Shown: positions 8,288-17,485, numbered from the stretch's first letter. The stretch is 22,161 nt of DNA from Thalassobaculaceae bacterium (GCA_965228875.1 OZ245843.1:4942616-4964776); one strand, 5' to 3'. The notes: generated by a model from the sequence alone, not told the origin. A program made the numbers and translations.

Positions 8288-9325
8288 TCAGCGGTCGATG
8301 ACGACGAGGTCCACCCGGTCGGCGGGCCCGTCATCCGAGCGGTTGCCCAGGGCCCGGACGTCCATGCGGGTGCTGGCGACCTCGTTGTCGATCAGATAGG
8401 CGCGGACCGCCAGGGCGCGCGACAGCGACAGCCGGCGCGCCTTGTTGGCGCCGTCCTGATCGCCGTCGGCATAGGCCATGAGCTGGACCCGCAGCCCGTC
8501 GTTCTGCTGCAGCTGAGAGATCACCCGATCGAGCTGACCCTTGGCGTCCGACGGCAGCTGGGACTGGCCCGCCGGGAATGCGATCCGAACGGTATCGCCT
8601 CCGCCCTGGGAGGAGGGTTGCGGTGCCGGCGCCGGGGCGGGAGCCGAGGTGGCGGCCACCGTGGTCGCCGGCTGCTGCTTCGGTACGGCCGGCGGTGGCG
8701 GCGGTGCGACGGCCGCGGTCTTGGTCGCCGGCGGAACGCTGGGCGGCGGCGGCGGCGGCGTCGGATTGGTCCGGGACGCGGTGCCGGTCGAGGGGACCGG
8801 CGGCGGCGGTGGCGGCGCGGCGGCGGTCTGCGAACTGGCAGGCGCCGCAGGTTTCGGTTTGGGCGCTGCTTGAGTGCGGGCCGGGGGCGCGGAGCGGGCG
8901 GGCGCGCGCAGCATCGGCGCGGCGCCAGAGGGAGCGGCCGAGGGGCGGACCTGGGCAGCGCCGGACCGCTGACCGTGGAGCAGCGCCTGCACCTCCGGCG
9001 GCGGCGCGGCGTATCGCGGCGCATCGGGCCGGACGAGGAAAGCCGGAATGCCGGCGCTGGCGCCGGTGGCCGGCGCTCCCGCGTATCCGGCCGGCGGGGC
9101 GTAGCCACCCGACGCGCCACCACCCTGATAGCCCGGTCGCAGCATGTCGGCCACGTTGGGCGTGCCGCCGTAGCCGTCGAGCACGCTCAGATCGACCGTG
9201 ACGTTGGGGTTGGGCTCAATATAGGGGCTCGTCGCCGTCTGCGCCCACCCGGGGGCACTCCCTCCCGAGGCGGCGATGGCGGCGGCGAAGAGCGTCAGTG
9301 CGACGTGCGCGCGATATCCCCGCAT
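8288..9325 (-). CDS. Secreted Pro/Ala-rich protein with C-terminal OmpA-like domain
   Basis: GGGAGG SD. Sec-type signal peptide ending about GWA|Q. Long Pro/Ala linker. C-terminal IAFPAGQSQL...QLMAYAD...RRLSLSRALAVRAYLI...VRALG...DRVDL. Confidence 0.82.
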   Translation of the reverse strand: MRGYRAHVALTLFAAAIAASGGSAPGWAQTATSPYIEPNPNVTVDLSVLDGYGGTPNVADMLRPGYQGGGASGGYAPPAGYAGAPATGASAGIPAFLVRPDAPRYAAPPPEVQALLHGQRSGAAQVRPSAAPSGAAPMLRAPARSAPPARTQAAPKPKPAAPASSQTAAAPPPPPPVPSTGTASRTNPTPPPPPPSVPPATKTAAVAPPPPPAVPKQQPATTVAATSAPAPAPAPQPSSQGGGDTVRIAFPAGQSQLPSDAKGQLDRVISQLQQNDGLRVQLMAYADGDQDGANKARRLSLSRALAVRAYLIDNEVASTRMDVRALGNRSDDGPADRVDLVVIDR

Positions 9326-9355
9326 CGTTCCTCCCGAACCAGCGATTGCCCGCCG

Positions 9356-9383
9356 GTTATACCAGAGGTGCGGTTTCCCACAA
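9356..9383 (-). promoter_or_regulatory. Putative sigma70 promoter for the OmpA-like/MotA-like/MotB-like module
   Basis: Minus strand TTGTGG-N16-TATAAC with an extended -10 TG. Confidence 0.5.
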
Positions 9384-9440
9384 CAGCGCCGCCAACCGAC
9401 ATCGACCGCTAAATGCCGTCAATCGCCGGTGAATCGCGGT

Positions 9441-10247
9441 CTAAGCCGGTTTCGCGACACGCAGCAGTTTGAGGAACGGGGTGTGCAATCCGTCGTTCGC
9501 GGCGACCACATCGCCCGATTCGAGGTCCGGCGCCCGCCCGGCGAAGTCGCTGACGTAGCCGCCCGCCTCCTTGACCAGGAGCAGGCCGGCGGCGATGTCC
9601 CAGGCGTTCAGGTTGTTCTCCCAGAAGCCGTCGAACCGGCCCGACGCCACCCAGGCGAGGTCGAGGGCGGCCGCGCCGAACCGGCGGACGCCCGCGCTCG
9701 CGCCCATCACGGCGCGCTGCTGCGCCAGAAAACGATCGTGATCGCCGCCGAGGCCGGTGACCGGAATGCCGGTGGCGAACACCGCCTCCTGCATGTTTCG
9801 GCGGCCCGACACCCGCAGGCGCCGGTCGTTCAGGTAGGCGCCCGCGCCCTTCTCCGCCCAGAAGAACTCATCGGTCAGCGGTTGATAGACGCCGCCGGCG
9901 ATGACCTCGCCCTTCTCCTCGAGCGCGACCGAGATCGCGAAATGCGGAATGCCGTGGAGAAAGTTGAGGGTGCCGTCCAGCGGATCGATGATCCAGCGCT
10001 GCTTGTTCGGATCGCTGCCCTCGACCGTGCCCGATTCCTCCATCAGGAAGCCGTATTTCGGCCGGGCGTGGTGCAGTTCCTCGTACAGGACCTTCTCGGC
10101 CTGGCGGTCGGCGGTCGAGACGAAGTCGGCCGGTCCCTTCTTGGAGACCTGCAGGTTCTCGACCTCGCCGAAATCGCGGCGCAGACCGCGCGCCGCCTTC
10201 TGGCAGGCCTTGAAGACGACATTGTACAGGGCCGATCGGACGGCCAT
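9441..10247 (-). CDS. suhB: Inositol monophosphatase family protein (SuhB)
   Basis: DFVSTAD, WIIDPLDGTLNFLHG, RRFGAAALDLAWVASGRFDGFWE, WDIAAG. ATG 10247 has better SD spacing than ATG 10253. Confidence 0.93.
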   Translation of the reverse strand: MAVRSALYNVVFKACQKAARGLRRDFGEVENLQVSKKGPADFVSTADRQAEKVLYEELHHARPKYGFLMEESGTVEGSDPNKQRWIIDPLDGTLNFLHGIPHFAISVALEEKGEVIAGGVYQPLTDEFFWAEKGAGAYLNDRRLRVSGRRNMQEAVFATGIPVTGLGGDHDRFLAQQRAVMGASAGVRRFGAAALDLAWVASGRFDGFWENNLNAWDIAAGLLLVKEAGGYVSDFAGRAPDLESGDVVAANDGLHTPFLKLLRVAKPA

Positions 10248-10305
10248 GGGCATACCCTCGATGGTTGGGCGCCGACACGGGCGGCGCCGGCAGGGGGAGC
10301 GGCGC

Positions 10306-10872
10306 TCAGTCCTTGGCGCGCTCGACGTAGGAACTGTCTTCCGGCTTCACGACGATCCGGGTGCCGGCCTCGATATGCGGTGGCACCATGACCTTCACGC
10401 CGTTCTCAAGCACCGCCGGCTTGTAGGACGAGGAGGCGGTCTGGCCCTTCACCACGGCGTCGGCCTCGACGATCTGCATGACCACGGTGTCCGGAAGCTG
10501 CACCGACAGCGGCTCCTCTTCGTAGGACTCGATGGTCACGGTCATGCCGTCCTGAAGGAAGGCCTGCTGCTCGCCGACCATCTCGGTCTTGACCATGACC
10601 TGCTCGAAGGTCTCGCCGTCCATGAAGTGCAGGTTGTCGTCGTCGGCGTAGAGGAACGTCGCCTGACGCTGCTCGAGGCGCACGCGCTCGACCTGCTCGT
10701 CGGCGCGGAAGCGCTCGTTCAGCTTGGTGCCGCTGCGGATGTCCTTCATCTCGACCTGGTTGAAGGCGCCGCCCTTGCCGGGCTTCACCGCCTGGGTCTT
10801 GGTGACGACCCAGAGCCGGTTCTGGTGCTCGACCACGTTGCCGATACGCACCGCGTTGCCGTTGATCTTCAT
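10306..10872 (-). CDS. efp: Translation elongation factor P
   Basis: KPGKGGAF loop, [32 protein letters not shown]...YVERA; 188 aa. Confidence 0.97.
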   Translation of the reverse strand: MKINGNAVRIGNVVEHQNRLWVVTKTQAVKPGKGGAFNQVEMKDIRSGTKLNERFRADEQVERVRLEQRQATFLYADDDNLHFMDGETFEQVMVKTEMVGEQQAFLQDGMTVTIESYEEEPLSVQLPDTVVMQIVEADAVVKGQTASSSYKPAVLENGVKVMVPPHIEAGTRIVVKPEDSSYVERAKD

Positions 10873-10914
10873 CGGTGTCCCATCCGCGAAAGAAAATGCC
10901 GGAAATCGCGGCGG

Positions 10915-10943
10915 CTTTTATCAGGCGGGACCGGCGGTGTCCA
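10915..10943 (-). promoter_or_regulatory. Putative sigma70 promoter of efp
   Basis: Minus strand TGGACA-N17-TAAAAG, about 42 nt upstream of the ATG. Confidence 0.5.
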
Positions 10944-11145
10944 TGTTCAGGGGGCTCGACCCGGCCGGCGCCCCAATTGGCGGGGCGCGTCCCGACGACC
11001 GCTCCGCCATCGGTCGTCGGCGGCGCCGCGGGCGCGCGCTCTCGGACGGCCCGGCCCGCGACCGCGCACCCTGATGCGGCGGCGGTCGAAATCTGTTATG
11101 ATCCAGGCGGTTGAGGCACAACGACCTGCGGGAGTGCGGAGGTCA

Positions 11146-11535
11146 ATGGCGCGCAAGCCGGCGGGAACGCCGATCGCATACGATTTCCTGGACGATGACG
11201 AGACGCGGCGCAGCCTGATCGTCCTGGCCGACGCGACGGCGGAGGTGGTCGGCAAGGGCGAGGCCTATGACGCCATCGTCAAGGTCGCTGCGGTGAGCAC
11301 CGAAACCAACTACCAGGACGCCCGCGAGAAGTTCGACGACATCGAACCGCACGACCGGGTGCGCATCCAGGACCAGGCGATCGAGACCCTGGGCGGCATG
11401 CCGCTGACCGTGCTCGACCTGGGCTCGGAGAAGGAAGAGGACGCAGAGGAGGAAGGCGGCGTCGAAACCCTCGACTGGGCCTCGGGCATGATGAGGAACT
11501 TCCCGAAGCTCAGCGGGAACCGGGACGGGGACTAG
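11146..11535 (+). CDS. Hypothetical acidic protein (129 aa)
   Basis: GGAGG SD at 11138-11142 and ATG 11146. Strongly GC3-biased codons. Upstream TG-T-TATGAT (11094-11102). Fills the gap between efp and thiE. It is the tail of ORF-track 9901..11535. Confidence 0.78.
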   Translation: MARKPAGTPIAYDFLDDDETRRSLIVLADATAEVVGKGEAYDAIVKVAAVSTETNYQDAREKFDDIEPHDRVRIQDQAIETLGGMPLTVLDLGSEKEEDAEEEGGVETLDWASGMMRNFPKLSGNRDGD

Positions 11536-11572
11536 AGAAGATCACGATCAGATACTTCCGTCCGATCGCGTT

Positions 11573-12211
11573 CTAGCTTTTCAGCACCGCCTCGAACGCC
11601 TTCACACCGGCGGCCGGCCCCTGCGGGTGGCCCCAGACCGCGCCGATGACGGCAAGGAAATCGGCCCCGGCCTCGACCAGCGGGCGGCAGTTGTCGGCCG
11701 TGATGCCGCCGATCGCCACGCTGGGCACGGTCATCACCTGCGACCACCACTCGACGATCTCGATCGGGGCGGGCGTGGTGTTGTCCTTTGTGCCGCTGGG
11801 AAAGAACGCCCCGAAGGCGACGTAGTCGGCCCCGGCCTCTCCCGCTTCCATGGCGAGGTGGCGGCTGGCCTTGCAGGTCACGCCGATCTGCGCGCCCGCG
11901 CCCATTATCCGCCTCGCCTCGTCATAGGAGGCGTCCTCCTGGCCGACGTGGCAGCCGTCGCATCCCGACTGAACGCCGAGATCCGGTCGGTCGTTCATCA
12001 GCAGCGGGACGCCGCGCCGGTGACAGACCGGCAGAATGGCCTCGGCCGCCCGCAGGACGTCGTCGTCGTCGACATCCTTGAGGCGGAGCTGCAGGCAGGC
12101 GACCTCGCCGGCGTCGAGCGCGGCGGCCAGGTCATCGCAAAACGCCGCCACGTCGGGAAGACGCGGCGGCGTGATGAGGTAGAGTTCGCTTGCCATGGAG
12201 GCGCGGGTCAC
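11573..12211 (-). CDS. thiE: Thiamine-phosphate synthase
   Basis: LYLITP, LQLRLK, NDRPDL, HVGQED, FFPSGTK, VAIGGIT. GTG start overlaps the fbaB stop (GTGA); alternative start ATG 12196. Confidence 0.9.
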   Translation of the reverse strand: MTRASMASELYLITPPRLPDVAAFCDDLAAALDAGEVACLQLRLKDVDDDDVLRAAEAILPVCHRRGVPLLMNDRPDLGVQSGCDGCHVGQEDASYDEARRIMGAGAQIGVTCKASRHLAMEAGEAGADYVAFGAFFPSGTKDNTTPAPIEIVEWWSQVMTVPSVAIGGITADNCRPLVEAGADFLAVIGAVWGHPQGPAAGVKAFEAVLKS

Positions 12212-13134
12212 TTGCCCTTGTAGATGTCGATGATCTGATCGAGCATCGCCAGGGCCTCGTCGCGCGGGCGCTGGAAGGTGTTGCGGCCGATGATCGAGCC
12301 GTTGGCGCCGCCCTGGTACAGACCGCGGATCTCCTCCATCAGGCCGTCCAGGCCCTTGGCGTCACCGCCGGAGAACACGACGATGCGGCGGCCGTTGAAG
12401 CTGGCCTGCATCACGTGCTTCACGCGCTCGGCCAGGGTGTCGGTGGCGATGCCGTTGCTCTCGTAGGCCTTGCGCGCGGCTTCCAGGCCGATACCGGCCT
12501 TCGGCGGCTTGACCTTGATGATGTGCGCGCCCATCAGCGCCGCCATGTGCGCGGCGTAGGCCGAGATGTCGACGGCGGTCTCGGCCTCCTTGGTGAGGTC
12601 GCCGCCGCGCGGGTAGGACCACATGACGACGGCGAGACCGACCGACTTGGCTTCCTCGGCCATCTCGCGGATCTGGCCCATCATGTCGAACTGCGCGTCC
12701 GAGCCCGGATAGATCGTGAAGCCGATGGCCGCGCAGCCGAGCCGCAGGGCGTCGCCGACCGAACCGGTGATCGCCTGGGATGGGGCGTGCTTGTCGCGCG
12801 CCAAACTGTTGGAGGAGTTGACCTTGAGGATGGTCGGGATGGCGCCGGCGAAGCTGTCGGCCCCGGCCTCCAGCATGCCGAGCGGGGCGGCGTAGGCGTT
12901 CAGCCCGGCATCGATCGCCAGCTTGTAGTGGTACTGCGGATCGTAGCCTTCCGGGTTCGGCGCGAAGGAACGGGCCGGGCCGTGCTCGAAGCCCTGGTCG
13001 ACCGGCAGGATGACCATCTTGCCGGTGCCGCCGAGCTTGCCCTGCATCAGGATGCGGGCGAGGTTCGCCTTGGTGCCCGGACAGTCGCTCTCGTAGCAAT
13101 CCAGGATCTTCTTGACCTTCTGGGTGATCTTCAT
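12208..13134 (-). CDS. fbaB: Class I fructose-bisphosphate aldolase (DhnA/FbaB family)
   Basis: [28 protein letters not shown], Schiff-base region [21 protein letters not shown]. Confidence 0.93.
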   Translation of the reverse strand: MKITQKVKKILDCYESDCPGTKANLARILMQGKLGGTGKMVILPVDQGFEHGPARSFAPNPEGYDPQYHYKLAIDAGLNAYAAPLGMLEAGADSFAGAIPTILKVNSSNSLARDKHAPSQAITGSVGDALRLGCAAIGFTIYPGSDAQFDMMGQIREMAEEAKSVGLAVVMWSYPRGGDLTKEAETAVDISAYAAHMAALMGAHIIKVKPPKAGIGLEAARKAYESNGIATDTLAERVKHVMQASFNGRRIVVFSGGDAKGLDGLMEEIRGLYQGGANGSIIGRNTFQRPRDEALAMLDQIIDIYKGK

Positions 13135-13161
13135 CGGTTCTCTCCTCGGATCGCTCGTGTC

Positions 13162-14169
13162 TTAGAGGGTCTTCGCCAGCGCGGCGGCGGTGTCCAGCAT
13201 GCGGTTGGAGAAGCCCCACTCGTTGTCGTACCAGGACAGCACGCGGACCATCTTGCCCTCGATCACCTGGGTCTGCTTCAGGTCGAAGGTCGAGGAGTGG
13301 CTGTCGTGGTTGAAGTCGCTGGAGACCAGCGGCTCGTCATTGGTGCCGAGAATGCCCTTCAGCGGACCGGCAGCGGCGTCGGAGATCGCCTTGTTGACCT
13401 CCTCGATGCTGGTGTCGCGCTTCGGCACGAACTTGAAGTCGATCAGGCTGACATTGGCGGTCGGGACGCGCACCGAGGTGCCGTCCAGCTTGCCCGCCAG
13501 TTCCGGCAGCACCAGGCCGACGGCCTTGGCGGCACCGGTGGAGGTCGGGATCATCGACTGGGCGGCGGCGCGGGCACGGTGCAGGTCCTTGTGCAGCGTG
13601 TCGAGCGTCGGCTGGTCGCCGGTGTAGGCGTGGATCGTGGTCATGTAGCCGCGCTCGATGCCGATGGCGTTGTTCAGCACGAACGCGACCGGGGCCAGAC
13701 AGTTGGTGGTGCACGACGCGTTCGAGATCACCTCGTGCTCGGCGGTGAGCTGGTCGTGGTTCACGCCGTAGACCACGGTCAGGTCGGCACCGGTGGCCGG
13801 CGCCGAGATGATGACCTTCTTCGCGCCCGCCTCGATGTGCTTGGCGGCCTGCTCGCGCTTGGTGAAGATGCCGGTGCAGTCGAGCGCGATGTCGACGCCC
13901 AGATCCTTGTGCGGCAGGTTGGCCGGGTCGCGCTCGGCGGTGACCTTGATCTTGCCGAGGCCGATGTCCATCCAGTTCTCGCCGGTGGTCACCTTGCCCG
14001 GGAAGCGGCCGTGCACCGTGTCGTAGCGGAACAGGTGGGCGTTGCTCTCCACCGGGCCGAGATCGTTCACCAGAACCACCTCGATGTCGTCGCGCTTCGC
14101 CTCGTACAGCGCGCGCAGAACGAGGCGGCCGATCCGTCCGAACCCGTTGATCGCAACCTTCGTGGCCAT
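13162..14169 (-). CDS. gap: Glyceraldehyde-3-phosphate dehydrogenase type I
   Basis: [46 protein letters not shown] favours ATG 14169. Confidence 0.97.
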   Translation of the reverse strand: MATKVAINGFGRIGRLVLRALYEAKRDDIEVVLVNDLGPVESNAHLFRYDTVHGRFPGKVTTGENWMDIGLGKIKVTAERDPANLPHKDLGVDIALDCTGIFTKREQAAKHIEAGAKKVIISAPATGADLTVVYGVNHDQLTAEHEVISNASCTTNCLAPVAFVLNNAIGIERGYMTTIHAYTGDQPTLDTLHKDLHRARAAAQSMIPTSTGAAKAVGLVLPELAGKLDGTSVRVPTANVSLIDFKFVPKRDTSIEEVNKAISDAAAGPLKGILGTNDEPLVSSDFNHDSHSSTFDLKQTQVIEGKMVRVLSWYDNEWGFSNRMLDTAAALAKTL

Positions 14170-14246
14170 CTTCACTCTCCTCAGCCTGTCTTCACAGAAA
14201 TGATCGTCTTCCGGCCATATGGGGCGGATCTGCGGCGGTCAAACCG

Positions 14247-16250
14247 TCACAGCCGCGCCTTGACCGCGCCGGCGATGTCGTCGGCGGTGATGCGGAAATG
14301 GGTGTACAGCTCCTGATAGGGAGCGGAGCCGCCGAAGCCGGACATGCCGATGAACACGCCCCGGTCGCCGAGCAGGCGGTCCCAGCACTGGCGCACGCCG
14401 GCCTCGACCACCACCCGCAGCCCGTCGCCGAGCACCGAGCTGCGATAGCCCGGCTCCTGGGCGTTGAACAGCTCGAGCGACGGCATGGAGACCACCGCCG
14501 CGGCGATACCCGCCTCGGCCAGCTTGTCCCGGGCGGCGAGTGCGATCTCGACCTCGCTGCCGGTGGCGATCAGGGTCGCCCGGCGCGTCCCTTCGGCCTC
14601 GGCCAGCACGTAGCCACCGCGGGCCGATAGGTTGGCGTCGTCATGGTCGGTGCGCACCGTCGGCACGCCCTGACGGGTCAGCGCCAGGACGCTCGGCCCG
14701 TTGACCCGCTGCAGGGCGAGCTGCCACGCCTCGGCGGTCTCGACCGCGTCGGCCGGGCGGAACACCGCGACGTTGGGGATTGCGCGGAGTGCTGCCAGAT
14801 GCTCGACCGGCTGGTGGGTGGGGCCGTCCTCGCCCAGGCCGATGCTGTCGTGGGTCATCACGAAGACGGCGCGGATCCCCATCAGGGCGGCGAGCCGGAT
14901 CGACGGTCGGCAGTAGTCGGTGAACACCAGGAAGGTGCCGCCGTAGGGGATGACGCCGCCGTGCAGCGACATGCCGTTCATCGCCGCCGCCATGGCGTGC
15001 TCGCGCACCCCGTAGTGGATGTAGCGGCCGCCGAAATCTTCCTTCGAGAGGATCGACATCGCGCCGACCTTGGTGTTGTTCGATCCCGAGAGGTCAGCCG
15101 AACCGCCGACCAGCTCCGGCAGCACCGGGGCGATCACCTCGATCGCCTTCTGCGAGGCGACGCGGGTGGCGAGCTTCGGGGCCTCGCCGCTCAGCGCCTT
15201 CTTGTGGCCGGCGATCGCGGCGGCGAGCTCCGCCGGCAGGGCGCCGGACAGGGCGCGCAGGAACTCGTCCTTGCTGGCCGCCGCGCCGAGCCGCGCGGTC
15301 CATTCGTCGTAGGCGGCGGCGCCGCGCTCGCCCACGGACCGGCCGAGTGCCGCGACCTCCGCGGGAATCACGAACGGCTCGTGCGGCCAGCCGATGGCGG
15401 CACGGGTGCCGGCGATCTCCTCGGCGCCGAGCGGGGCTCCGTGGGAGGAGGCCTTGCCGCCCTTGGTCGGCGCGCCGTAGCCGATGGTCGTCCGGCAGGC
15501 GATCAGTGACGGGCGCGGATCGGCGGCGGCCTGTTCCATCGCCGCGGCGAGATCCGCCGGGTCGTGGCCGTCGCAGGCGACCACGTGCCAGCCATAGGCG
15601 GCGAACCGCGCCTGCACGTCGTCGGAAACCGTGAGATCGGTCGGACCGTCGATCGAGATCTGGTTGTCGTCCCACAGCACGTTCATCCGGCCGAGGCCGA
15701 GATGGCCGGCGAGGGAGGCGGCCTCGTGGCTGATGCCCTCCATCAGACAACCGTCACCGGCGATCACCCAGACCCGGTGGTCGACCAGGTCGTCGCCGAA
15801 ACGGGCGTTCAGGTGACGCTCGGCGACCGCCATGCCGACGGCGTTGGCGAAGCCCTGGCCGAGCGGACCGGTGGTCGTCTCGATGCCGCCGGCGGCGCCG
15901 TATTCCGGGTGGCCCGCCGTCTTCGATCCGAGCTGGCGGAAACGCTTCAGCTCGTCGATCGGCATGTCCTCGTAGCCGGTCAGATGCAGCAGCGCGTAGA
16001 GCAGCATCGATCCGTGGCCGGCGGACAGCACGAAGCGGTCGCGGTCGGCCCAGTCTGGGTGGCGCGGGTCGAACCTCAGGAACCGCGAGAACAGAACGAC
16101 GGCGGCGTCGGCCATGCCCATCGGCATGCCCGGGTGACCCGATTTCGCCTGTTCGACGGCGTCCATGGCGAGCGCGCGGATGGCGCTGGCGAGGCTGGCG
16201 TGGTCGCCGTCCGAGAGGGCGGCGCCGGAAAACGGTGCGGTAGCGGTCAT
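14247..16250 (-). CDS. tkt: Transketolase
   Basis: [31 protein letters not shown] motif GDGCLMEG...[27 protein letters not shown]. Confidence 0.97.
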   Translation of the reverse strand: MTATAPFSGAALSDGDHASLASAIRALAMDAVEQAKSGHPGMPMGMADAAVVLFSRFLRFDPRHPDWADRDRFVLSAGHGSMLLYALLHLTGYEDMPIDELKRFRQLGSKTAGHPEYGAAGGIETTTGPLGQGFANAVGMAVAERHLNARFGDDLVDHRVWVIAGDGCLMEGISHEAASLAGHLGLGRMNVLWDDNQISIDGPTDLTVSDDVQARFAAYGWHVVACDGHDPADLAAAMEQAAADPRPSLIACRTTIGYGAPTKGGKASSHGAPLGAEEIAGTRAAIGWPHEPFVIPAEVAALGRSVGERGAAAYDEWTARLGAAASKDEFLRALSGALPAELAAAIAGHKKALSGEAPKLATRVASQKAIEVIAPVLPELVGGSADLSGSNNTKVGAMSILSKEDFGGRYIHYGVREHAMAAAMNGMSLHGGVIPYGGTFLVFTDYCRPSIRLAALMGIRAVFVMTHDSIGLGEDGPTHQPVEHLAALRAIPNVAVFRPADAVETAEAWQLALQRVNGPSVLALTRQGVPTVRTDHDDANLSARGGYVLAEAEGTRRATLIATGSEVEIALAARDKLAEAGIAAAVVSMPSLELFNAQEPGYRSSVLGDGLRVVVEAGVRQCWDRLLGDRGVFIGMSGFGGSAPYQELYTHFRITADDIAGAVKARL

Positions 16251-16309
16251 GGTGCGGTTCGCGGGCTCTTGGCGGGCGTCCAGCGACCGCCGGCGCCTCG
16301 GTGGCGCGG

Positions 16310-16338
16310 AACATGCCGAGACCGGGCGGTTCCGTCAA
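16310..16338 (-). promoter_or_regulatory. Putative sigma70 promoter of the tkt operon
   Basis: Minus strand TTGACG-N17-CATGTT. Confidence 0.6.
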
Positions 16339-16421
16339 GCGCAGGCGGCATGTCGGCAGCAATCGGGCGGCAATCGGATCGGGCGTCGGTGGCGGACCGG
16401 CGGCTCGATCCGCCGGTTCGA

Positions 16422-16451
16422 TTGACCTTGCCCCAGGGCGGCGGATATCAT
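16422..16451 (+). promoter_or_regulatory. Putative sigma70 promoter of the DUF4164-zapA operon
   Basis: TTGACC-N18-TATCAT. Confidence 0.6.
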
Positions 16452-16560
16452 GCGCCACCTCAAGGACGGGGCTTAAGCCCTTCGTTTCAGTGGGTACATC
16501 GAGAAACCGGCGCGGGATATCACCGGCGACGGGCGGGATCGGCGGATCAGGACGGCGGGA

Positions 16561-16785
16561 ATGTCTCGGCTGAATGTGGCACGCGAGCGGCTGGACAAGG
16601 CGGTCGATCGCCTTGAACGGGCGCTGAAGGGACTCGACGCCGGCGACGGCGCCGACGCCTCGGCGCTGAAGGGCGAGTTGTCCGCCGTGCGCCGCGACTA
16701 CGCCAAGCTCTCCAAGGCGGCGGACCAGGTCGAGCAGCGGCTCGACAAGGCGATCGGCCAGCTGAAACTGGTGTTGGAGCCCTGA
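16561..16785 (+). CDS. Small coiled-coil cell-division protein, DUF4164 / ZauP (ZapB-analogue) type
   Basis: 74-aa coiled coil (RLDKAVDRLERAL...RLDKAIGQLKLVL) directly upstream of zapA, the position ZauP occupies in Caulobacter. Confidence 0.75.
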   Translation: MSRLNVARERLDKAVDRLERALKGLDAGDGADASALKGELSAVRRDYAKLSKAADQVEQRLDKAIGQLKLVLEP

Positions 16786-16789
16786 TCCC

Positions 16790-17119
16790 GTGGCCCAGGT
16801 CGACATCAAGATAAACGGCAAGTCCTACCGGATCGCCTGCGAGGACGGGCAGGAGGCCCGGCTCGGGGCGCTGGCCCAGATGGTCGACGCCCACGTCGCC
16901 GACATGGTCGAGCAGGTCGGACAGGTCGGCGACACGCGGCTCCTGGTCATGGCCAGCCTGCTGGTCGCCGACGAACTGATGGACCTGCGCGACGCCGCCA
17001 ACGAGGTCGACGAGGGCGACGAGGAGTTCTCGCCGAACGAGATCGAGGACATGGCGCTGGCGATCGAAGGTCTGGCCGAACGGATCGAACGTATTGCCGG
17101 ACGGCTCGAAGGCGCCTAG
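16790..17119 (+). CDS. zapA: Cell division protein ZapA
   Basis: VDIKINGKSYRIACEDGQEARL...VGDTRLLVMASLLVADEL. Confidence 0.93.
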   Translation: MAQVDIKINGKSYRIACEDGQEARLGALAQMVDAHVADMVEQVGQVGDTRLLVMASLLVADELMDLRDAANEVDEGDEEFSPNEIEDMALAIEGLAERIERIAGRLEGA

Positions 17120-17122
17120 GTA
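17094..17122 (+). promoter_or_regulatory. Putative 6S RNA promoter embedded in the end of zapA
   Basis: TTGCCG-N17-TAGGTA; the -10 element includes the zapA TAG stop, and the predicted start at about 17129 coincides with the 6S closing stem. Confidence 0.55.
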
Positions 17123-17128
17123 TCAGGG

Positions 17129-17293
17129 GCGACGGGGCTGCGCGGCGCGTCAGGCCGCATTATACCCCTGGGGCGATACATCTCTCTGAGGGAGCTGCCT
17201 CTTCCGGGACCGTGGTTCCGGTACTGCGGCGCCCACCTGCTATGCAGGCCACAGAGGGTATGCACATGCCAACGGCCGAGGTGGCTCCGTCGC
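17129..17293 (+). ncRNA. ssrS: 6S RNA
   Basis: Canonical zapA-ssrS-ygfA position. 13-bp closing stem GCGACGGGGCTGC / GTGGCTCCGTCGC (with G-U pairs). Inner pairing ATACCC / GGGTAT, a central unpaired region, and an apical hairpin around CCGGGACC...GGTTCCGG. 165 nt. Confidence 0.9.
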
Positions 17294-17485
17294 ACCGCTC
17301 CCGCCTACAGTCGATCACCGGTCGATCGGGCGCCTTTCCGGACAACGCCTGCAGCCGGGGTCGACCTGAAGGGCGTCACGGTGTACCCGTTGTCGCGACG
17401 GGCGGGGCCGGTCCGGACACGGGGACGGGCCGACGGAACCTTCGCCCGACCGAAACGACGACCCGCCCACAACCGACGAGCGGTG

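Noticed and set aside
9901..11145. First 415 aa of the 544-aa plus-strand ORF
   Set aside because: Antisense to suhB and efp; only the part from ATG 11146 has an SD and coding-like composition.
12190..14316. 708-aa plus-strand ORF, and similar long ORFs 5250-6812, 7233-8399, 8270-9412, 17708-19012, 19166-20686
   Set aside because: Antisense shadows of real genes, expected in high-GC DNA with biased codon usage; no recognisable motifs.
16469..16480. Palindrome GGGCTTAAGCCC as a CtrA site in the zapA operon leader
   Set aside because: Only one TTAA with no second half-site at N7; cannot be distinguished from a simple leader hairpin.
17435..17459. GGAAC-N16-CGAC as an EcfG/SigT general-stress promoter for ygfA
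   Set aside because: The -10 element deviates from the CGTT consensus; support is too weak.
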